A stretch of 64,000 nt of DNA from Candidatus Limnocylindria bacterium (GTDB taxonomy: Bacteria; Chloroflexota; Limnocylindria; QHBO01), in the NCBI GenBank assembly GCA_050692055.1, contig JBOGTC010000155.1, forward strand, positions 11,798 to 75,797. The letters run 5' to 3'. A program made the position numbers and the translations under genes. Below are positions 27,958-34,517 of this stretch, in pieces. The notes under the pieces were generated by a model. That model was not told the origin of the DNA. It saw only the letters and a list, made by a program, of their open reading frames with translations, and searched no databases. How positions within the stretch are numbered: the first letter of the stretch is position 1; each line of letters opens with the position of its first letter.

Positions 27958-28802
27958 CCGATGAACTGGTGATCCGCGGGCTCGACGTGAGCATCGCTGG
28001 CAAGAAGATCCTCCGCGGCCTCGACCTGACCGTGAAGCAGGGCGAGGTGCACGCGCTGATGGGGCCTAACGGCTCCGGCAAGACGAGCCTGGCCTACACG
28101 CTGATGGGCCATCCCGACTACGTCGTGGACGCCGGCACCATCAGCTGGGCGGGCTCCGACCTGCTCGGCCTGGCGCCGGACAAGCGTGCGCGGCTGGGCC
28201 TCTTCCTCGCCTTCCAGTATCCGAGCGCCATCCCCGGCGTCACTGTCGCAAGCTTTCTGCGCAACATCTACAACGCCGTCCACCATCCGCAGCAGCCGGC
28301 GCCGGAAGAGACAGGGCAGGTGCCGAAGTACACCGGCATCCCGCTGGCGAAGTTCCGCAGGCTGATGGAGGAGAAGATGGCGCTGCTGCGCATCGATCCT
28401 GCCTTCGCCGCGCGCTACGTCAACGAGGGTTTCTCCGGCGGCGAGAAGAAGCGCCTGGAAATGCTCCAGATGGCCGTGCTTGGCCCGAAGATGGCGATCC
28501 TGGACGAGACGGATTCCGGCCTCGACATCGACGCGCTCAAGAGCGTGGCCGAGGGCATCAACGCCAGCCTGTCGCCCGAGATGGGCGTGCTGATGATCAC
28601 GCACTACCAGCGCATGCTGAACTACGTGAAGCCCGGGTTCGTGCACGTCCTGCTCGACGGCCGCGTGGTGATGTCGGGCGGCGAAGAGCTCAGCCACCAG
28701 CTCGAGGCGAACGGCTACGACTGGGTGCGCGAGCAGGTGGGCCTGCCGGCCGGGACCGGCGACGAGGCCGCCGTGCCCGAGCCGGTCGCGGCGCAGCACT
28801 AG
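27954..28802 (+). CDS. sufC: Fe-S cluster assembly ATPase SufC
   Basis: Walker A GPNGSGKTS, signature FSGGEKKR, Walker B AILDETDSGLD. Confidence 0.9.
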   Translation: MTDELVIRGLDVSIAGKKILRGLDLTVKQGEVHALMGPNGSGKTSLAYTLMGHPDYVVDAGTISWAGSDLLGLAPDKRARLGLFLAFQYPSAIPGVTVASFLRNIYNAVHHPQQPAPEETGQVPKYTGIPLAKFRRLMEEKMALLRIDPAFAARYVNEGFSGGEKKRLEMLQMAVLGPKMAILDETDSGLDIDALKSVAEGINASLSPEMGVLMITHYQRMLNYVKPGFVHVLLDGRVVMSGGEELSHQLEANGYDWVREQVGLPAGTGDEAAVPEPVAAQH

Positions 28803-28812
28803 ACCGATCTCG

Positions 28813-30090
28813 ATGGCGATTCCGCAGGCCGCCACCCCACTGCCGAAGGCCGGCGCCTTCGATGGAGCCGCGCTGCGCGCGGGCTTCCCGGTCTTCGAAC
28901 GTGCGCACAAGTCCGGGAAGCCGGTCGCTTACCTGGACTCGGCCTCCTCGTCGCAGAAGCCTCGGGCGGTCATTGACGCCGTGGCCGATGCCTACGCCCA
29001 CCACTACGCCAACGTGCACCGCGGCATCTACGAGCTGAGCGTCGACGCCGACGCCCGCTATGAGGGCGCGCGCCGCGCGCTGGCTCGGTTCATCGGCGCC
29101 CCGAGCGATCGCGAGGTCGTGTTCGTGCGTAACGCGACGGAGGCCATCAACCTGGTCGCCTACTCCTGGGGCCGCAGCAACCTGCGCGCCGGGGACCTGA
29201 TCCTCAGCTCCGTGATGGAGCACCACGCCAACCTGGTGCCGTGGCAGCAGCTGGCGACCGAGACCGGCGCCTCCCTCGAGTACGTGGCCATCACGGACGA
29301 CGGCCGGCTCGACCTCGACGACCTTCGCGCGCGGCTGGCGCGCGGCCCGAAGCTGGTCGCCTTCAGCCAGGTCAGCAATGCCCTTGGCACCATCAACCCG
29401 GTGGCCGAGGTCACGCGCCTGGCGCACGAGGCCGGCGCGCTCGTCGTGCTGGACGCCGCCCAGTCCGTGCCGCACATGCCGGTCGATGTCACCGCGCTGG
29501 GCGTCGACTTCGCGGCGCTGTCCGGCCACAAAATGCTCGGGCCTTCGGGAATCGGCGCGCTCTGGGCTCGGCGCGAGCTGCTCGACGCCATGCCGCCCTT
29601 CCTGACCGGCGGCTCCATGATCAGCCGCGTATCGCTGGAGGGCACCGAGTGGAACGAGGTGCCGTGGAAGTTCGAGGCCGGCACGCCGGCCATCGCGGAG
29701 GCTGCCGGCCTGGCCGCCGCCATCGGCTACCTGGAGGGCATCGGCATGGAGAACGTCCGTGCCCACGAGCGCTGGCTGTTCGAGCACGCCTGGGCTGCGC
29801 TGGGCGAGCTGCCCGGCATTCGCCGCCTGGGCCCGGACGACCCCGACCAGCACGCCGGCGTCATCAGCTTCGTGGCCGACGGCATCCATCCTCACGACAT
29901 GGCCACCATCCTGGACCAGCATGCCGTCGCGGTGCGTGCGGGCCACCACTGCGCGCAGCCGGTGATGCAGCGCTACGACCTGCCGGCCACCACCCGCGCC
30001 AGCTTCTATGTCTACAACGACCTCGACGACGTCGAGCGGCTGGTGACCGCCGTTCGAGCTGCGCAGAAGGTCTTCGGGGTCGCGGCGTGA
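28813..30090 (+). CDS. sufS: Cysteine desulfurase SufS
   Basis: Class V aminotransferase. PLP-Lys context SGHKMLGPSG. Active-site Cys context RAGHHCAQP. Confidence 0.9.
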   Translation: MAIPQAATPLPKAGAFDGAALRAGFPVFERAHKSGKPVAYLDSASSSQKPRAVIDAVADAYAHHYANVHRGIYELSVDADARYEGARRALARFIGAPSDREVVFVRNATEAINLVAYSWGRSNLRAGDLILSSVMEHHANLVPWQQLATETGASLEYVAITDDGRLDLDDLRARLARGPKLVAFSQVSNALGTINPVAEVTRLAHEAGALVVLDAAQSVPHMPVDVTALGVDFAALSGHKMLGPSGIGALWARRELLDAMPPFLTGGSMISRVSLEGTEWNEVPWKFEAGTPAIAEAAGLAAAIGYLEGIGMENVRAHERWLFEHAWAALGELPGIRRLGPDDPDQHAGVISFVADGIHPHDMATILDQHAVAVRAGHHCAQPVMQRYDLPATTRASFYVYNDLDDVERLVTAVRAAQKVFGVAA

Positions 30091-30524
30091 TGGACAACCT
30101 GTACCGCGACTTCATCCTCGAGCACTACCGCGCGCCTCACAACAAGGGCGTGCTCGATCCGCACGACCTTCATTTCGCCGATTCGAACCCAACCTGCGGC
30201 GACGAGCTGTCGATGACGATCCAGCTCGACGACGGCAAGGACCGCGTCGCCGATGTGGCCTTCGACGGCCGCGGCTGCGCCATCAGCCAGGCATCAGCCT
30301 CCATCTTGACCGATGAGCTGCGCGGCTTGAGCCTCGACGAGCTGCGCGAGATCGACCCGCGCGACGTGCTCGAGAACCTCGGCGTGCCCATAGGTCCGGC
30401 CCGCCTGAAGTGCGCGCTGCTCAGCTACAAGGTGCTGCAGGGCGCGGTCATCGGCGCGGAGGCGCGGTGGCCGGATGAGGCTGAGGTCCTCGCCGGCGCG
30501 AACAAGGGAGGCTCCGCGCCGTGA
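30090..30524 (+). CDS. sufU: Fe-S scaffold / sulfur acceptor SufU (IscU-like)
   Basis: MDNLYRDFILEHYRAPHNKG..., with conserved Cys in NPTCGD, GCAISQAS and LKCALL. Start overlaps the sufS stop. Confidence 0.85.
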   Translation: MDNLYRDFILEHYRAPHNKGVLDPHDLHFADSNPTCGDELSMTIQLDDGKDRVADVAFDGRGCAISQASASILTDELRGLSLDELREIDPRDVLENLGVPIGPARLKCALLSYKVLQGAVIGAEARWPDEAEVLAGANKGGSAP

Positions 30525-31642
30525 GCATGCGGGAGGTCGGCACGGCCGAGGCGCGGCGACTGGCCGAGGAAGAGGGCTACCGGGTCATCGACGTGCGCGA
30601 GCAGGTCGAGTGGGACGAGGGCCACATCCCCGGCGCGACGCACATCCCGCTGGCGGACGTGCCGGCCCGGATCAGTGCCGAGGTGCCGGATCTCGCCACG
30701 CCGATCCTGCTGCACTGCCTGTCCGGCGCGCGATCCGGCCGCGCGATGGTCCACCTGGATTCGATCGGCTACACGAACCTCGCCAACCTCGGTGCGCACC
30801 TTCGCGAATGGCGCGCCAGCGGCGGCGCGTGGGAGGAGCCGGTTGCAGTGCTCAGCGACGCCCAGCGGCGCCGCTACAGCCGCCAGACTCTCATCCCCGA
30901 GATCGGCCAGGAGGGACAGCGCAGGCTGCTCGACTCGCGCGTGCTGCTCATCGGCGCCGGTGGCCTGGGCTCGCCGATCGCGCTCTATCTCGCGGCGTCG
31001 GGCGTGGGGACCATAGGCCTGGTCGATGACGACGTGGTCGATGAGTCGAACCTCCAGCGGCAGGTGCTGCACGGGACGGATCGGATCGGCATGAAGAAGG
31101 TCGACTCGGCCGAGCTCACGCTGCGTGGCCTCAATCCCGAGACGCGCGTCGTCAAGCACGAGGAGCGGTTGGGCGCTGACAACGTCGAGCGGCTCATCGC
31201 CGAGTACGACGTGATCGTTGACGGGACCGATAACTTCGACACCCGGTACGTCCTCAACGATGCCGCCGTGAAGCTGCGCAGGCCGGTGGTGCACGGCTCG
31301 ATCTACCGCTGGGACGGCCAGGTCACGACCTTCGTCCCGTTCGAGGGGCCGTGCTACCGATGCATGTACCCCACTCAGCCGCCGGACGAGCTGGCGCCCG
31401 GATGCTCGGTTGCAGGCGTGCTCGGCGTCCTGCCGGGCATCGTGGGCCTGATCCAGGCCAACGAGGTGTTCAAGCTGCTGCTCGGCGTGGGCGACACGCT
31501 CGCGGGGCGCCTCCTCATGTTCGACGCCATGGGCACGGCCTTCGACGAGGTCCGCATCTGGCGCGATCCGGCGTGCCCGGCCTGCGGCGAGGGTTCCGTG
31601 GCGGTGGAGCCTGTACCGGTCTCGGCGGCCGCCCGCTCGTGA
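30521..31642 (+). CDS. Rhodanese-ThiF/MoeB fusion (MoeZ-like E1 adenylyl/sulfurtransferase) with the rhodanese domain N-terminal
   Basis: N-terminal rhodanese with active loop HCLSGARSG. ThiF fold LIGAGGLGSP. Zinc CYRC...CPAC. GTGA overlap with the sufU stop. Confidence 0.85.
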   Translation: MSMREVGTAEARRLAEEEGYRVIDVREQVEWDEGHIPGATHIPLADVPARISAEVPDLATPILLHCLSGARSGRAMVHLDSIGYTNLANLGAHLREWRASGGAWEEPVAVLSDAQRRRYSRQTLIPEIGQEGQRRLLDSRVLLIGAGGLGSPIALYLAASGVGTIGLVDDDVVDESNLQRQVLHGTDRIGMKKVDSAELTLRGLNPETRVVKHEERLGADNVERLIAEYDVIVDGTDNFDTRYVLNDAAVKLRRPVVHGSIYRWDGQVTTFVPFEGPCYRCMYPTQPPDELAPGCSVAGVLGVLPGIVGLIQANEVFKLLLGVGDTLAGRLLMFDAMGTAFDEVRIWRDPACPACGEGSVAVEPVPVSAAARS

Positions 31643-31802
31643 CGTCGTGGCGTTATTCCTCACGGACTGAACCGTCGACCGAGCCGCTCTTACCGCCATC
31701 CTGCGGGCTCAGGTCTGAATCTGGCGACTCCAGGCCAGATCTCGGGCACGGATGCAGACACCACATGAATTTGGCGAGAGACACACGAGACACACAGGAC
31801 CG

Positions 31803-32072
31803 ATGAGCACGATCCGCATTCCGCCCGTCCTGCGCGACAGCGTGAACGGCGAGCGCAGCGTCGCCGTCAGCGGCTCGACCGTGTCCGAGGCGCTCGACGA
31901 CCTGTTCGGTCAGCATCCCGCGCTGCGCGACCGCGTAACCGAGGACGGCGCGCTGAGCCGCTTCATCAATGTCTACGTCAACGACCGAGACGTGCGCTAC
32001 CGCGACGGGCTCGACACGCCGATCGGCGCCGACGACACGATCATCATCCTGCCGGCCATGGCCGGCGGTTGA
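31803..32072 (+). CDS. cysO: MoaD/ThiS/CysO-type ubiquitin-like sulfur carrier
   Basis: 89 aa ending ...ILPAMAGG (C-terminal Gly-Gly). Sits next to cysM and mec. Confidence 0.75.
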   Translation: MSTIRIPPVLRDSVNGERSVAVSGSTVSEALDDLFGQHPALRDRVTEDGALSRFINVYVNDRDVRYRDGLDTPIGADDTIIILPAMAGG

Positions 32073-32110
32073 GCCCAACCGGACCGATGCCGGTCGGTGC
32101 GCGCCGCCTT

Positions 32111-32290
32111 CAACGGTCATCTGCGCTCCTGGAGCGCATAGGCCGCCGATCTCGCGCCGGGAGTAGTGCCGACTCGTCAAGTGCTCGCCTGGAGCGCGTA
32201 AGCCGCCGATCCCGTGCGGTGAGCAGCGCCGAACGGTCATATGCGCACCCGGAGCGCGTAAGCCGGCAGAAGCTGGATGAGGTGCCTCCT
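32111..32290. repeat. About three copies of a 60-bp tandem repeat between cysO and cysM
   Basis: GGAGCGC(A/G)TA recurs at 32131, 32191 and 32251. AACGGTCAT recurs at 32112 and 32232. Units 1 and 2 match at about 44 of 60 positions by eye. Each unit holds a near-palindrome (GCGCTCCTGGAGCGC). Confidence 0.75.
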
Positions 32291-32352
32291 GCTGAGCGTG
32301 CCCGCGCATCTGAGCCCGCGTCAGCAGCGGCTAACGCGCTTCTCCGCGGCGT

Positions 32353-33324
32353 ATGACCAGTCACGGGTCTGCCGCCGCCACGAGCGGCCGAGCCATGCAG
32401 GACCTGGTGGCTGCCATCGGCAACACGCCGATGATCGAGCTCCGGCGCCTGGCACCGCACGCCGGAGTTCGCCTGTACGCGAAGCTCGAGGGCAACAACC
32501 CGACGGGATCGGTCAAGGACCGCGTGGCACGCGCGATGATCGACGACGCGCTGGCGTCCGGCGCCCTGCGGCCCGGCCAGGCGATCCTGGAGCCGTCGAG
32601 CGGCAACACCGGCATCAGCCTGGCGATGATCGGGTCGCGGCTCGGCCACGCGGTGCGGATCGTGATGCCGGACAACACGACGCCCGAGCGCGAGCAGCTC
32701 CTGCGCCTGTACGGCGCGGAGATCGTCTTCTCGCCGGGTGCCGAGGGCTCGAACGGCGCCATCCGGCTGGCGCAGCAGCTCGCCGATGCCGATGCGACGC
32801 TCTACATGCCGTACCAGTACGGCAACGAAGCCAACCCGCGGGCGCACGAGGAGACCACCGGGCCGGAGATCCTGGCGCAGGTGCCGGAGATCGACGTCTT
32901 CGTCGCCGGGCTCGGCACCGGCGGGACGCTGACCGGGGCGGGCCGATTCCTGAAGCGCGAACGGCCCGGCGTACGGATCGTGGCTGCTGAGCCGCTGCCC
33001 GGGGAGCAGGTCCAGGGGCTGCGGTCGCTCGATGAGGGCTTCGTGCCTCCGGTCCTCGACGAATCGGTCCTCGACGACAAGTACCTTGTCAACAACCGCG
33101 ATGCGGTCATCGGCCTGCGCCGGCTGCTGCGCGAGGAGGGCATCTTCGCCGGCCTGTCCTCCGGAGCCGCCCTCGCCGTCGCGGTGCGGGTCGCACGCGA
33201 CATGGGGCGCGGGCACGTGGTCGTCCTGCTGGCTGACGGCGGCTGGAAGTACCTCTCGGCAGATCTTTGGACCCGCGACCTCGACGCCCTGGAGGATGAG
33301 CTGGAGGGCTCGCTCCTCTGGTGA
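32353..33324 (+). CDS. cysM: CysO-dependent cysteine synthase (CysM-type, PLP)
   Basis: PLP-Lys context NPTGSVKDR, plus SSGNTG. The start may instead be ATG 32395 (MQDLVAAIGNTPMIEL). Confidence 0.85.
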   Translation: MTSHGSAAATSGRAMQDLVAAIGNTPMIELRRLAPHAGVRLYAKLEGNNPTGSVKDRVARAMIDDALASGALRPGQAILEPSSGNTGISLAMIGSRLGHAVRIVMPDNTTPEREQLLRLYGAEIVFSPGAEGSNGAIRLAQQLADADATLYMPYQYGNEANPRAHEETTGPEILAQVPEIDVFVAGLGTGGTLTGAGRFLKRERPGVRIVAAEPLPGEQVQGLRSLDEGFVPPVLDESVLDDKYLVNNRDAVIGLRRLLREEGIFAGLSSGAALAVAVRVARDMGRGHVVVLLADGGWKYLSADLWTRDLDALEDELEGSLLW

Positions 33325-33758
33325 GCCGGACCGATACGGACCGATCCGTGACGGTCCCAGGTGCCCTCGCCCTGGCCATGCTCGACCACGCCCGCGCCGA
33401 TCTGCCGAACGAGGCCTGCGGCCTGCTCTCGGGCTCGCTGGCGGAGGGGCGCGCGCTGGCGTTCCATCCGGCGCGCAACGCCGAGGCCAGCCCGCTGCGC
33501 TACAACGTCCATCCGGACGATCTCGTGCGCATCACGTTCGAGATCGAGGATGCCGGCCAGGACCTTGTCGCCATCTTCCACTCCCACACGCGTTCGCCGG
33601 CCGTCCCATCGGCCACCGATCGTCGTGCGGCCCAGTATCCCGACGCGTTCTATCTGCTGCTCACCCTCGCGGACCCCGACGCGCCGCCTGACCGTGCGTT
33701 CCGCGCATGGCGCATCCATGGCGGACAGAGCTTCGAGGTCCCGTTGCGGATCGACTGA
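33321..33758 (+). CDS. mec: JAMM/MPN+ metalloprotease Mec (CysO-cysteine hydrolase)
   Basis: JAMM motif HSHTRSPAVPSATD. Overlaps the cysM stop. Confidence 0.8.
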   Translation: MSRTDTDRSVTVPGALALAMLDHARADLPNEACGLLSGSLAEGRALAFHPARNAEASPLRYNVHPDDLVRITFEIEDAGQDLVAIFHSHTRSPAVPSATDRRAAQYPDAFYLLLTLADPDAPPDRAFRAWRIHGGQSFEVPLRID

Positions 33759-33773
33759 CGCGGTCGGATCGAG

Positions 33774-34517
33774 TCAGCAGTCGTACGAGGCGTCTGCCGT
33801 GATGTGGGCGCTCGGCGCATGGATGGCCAGGTCCATGCCGCATGAGCCCTCCTCGCCGCCGGACCGATAGCTGAGCACGAACTGGCCCTCGTCGGGTGGC
33901 GGCAGCCACCGCGCCGACGCGAGGGCGAGCCCGTCAAGGTTGCCACTCCCCAGGATGGAGTGTGCCAGCGCGTCGAGCTGCGGCAGGAGCGCCTGAGGAA
34001 AGCCGCGCAGGTTGCTCGAGACCAGCTCCACGGCGGCGGTGGATGGCGTGACTTCGAAGACGTAGAGATCCTCGCCGACCGCGCCATCGGGCGCGCCCGA
34101 CACCTCCAGGGAGCAGGTCTGCTGGCCGCATGAACCGCTGGCAACGAGCTGCTGCCACGGATCGGACGCATCGAAGGCCCAGATCGCCTGGGCAACGGCG
34201 GTGGCGATCGCCTCGGTCTGGAGCTCGTCCGGCACGCCACCGGGACGACGAGACGTGCCCATTGCCTCGAGGACATCGACGCCGTCGTGGTGCCGGCCCG
34301 GCTCTGGAACGTCGAATCCGAGCGGGGACGGAGGCGAGCCCATCGGGAGAGGCGTCGGCGAGCGGCTCGACCCCGGAGGCGCGACCGATGTCGGCGTGGC
34401 AGTGGGCGCGGCGGTCGCGTCGGCCGTGGTCGTTGGGGCGTCCGCAACGCAGGCCGTGGCCAATGCCATCAGGCCGACCGTCAAGGCGGCGGCCGCGCGG
34501 CTAGGAGCCGAGCGCAC
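33774..34517 (-). CDS. Hypothetical lipoprotein downstream of the S8 protease
   Basis: GTG 34517 gives VRSAPSRAAAALTVGLMALATAC (lipobox). Thr/Pro linker, 4 Cys in the body. Overlaps the protease 3' end by 17 nt. Confidence 0.5.
   Translation of the reverse strand: MRSAPSRAAAALTVGLMALATACVADAPTTTADATAAPTATPTSVAPPGSSRSPTPLPMGSPPSPLGFDVPEPGRHHDGVDVLEAMGTSRRPGGVPDELQTEAIATAVAQAIWAFDASDPWQQLVASGSCGQQTCSLEVSGAPDGAVGEDLYVFEVTPSTAAVELVSSNLRGFPQALLPQLDALAHSILGSGNLDGLALASARWLPPPDEGQFVLSYRSGGEEGSCGMDLAIHAPSAHITADASYDC

Noticed and set aside
32111-32290. The 60-bp repeat array considered as a possible CRISPR array.
   Set aside because: The units are contiguous with no unique spacers, there are only about three copies, there are no cas genes, and the array sits inside an operon.
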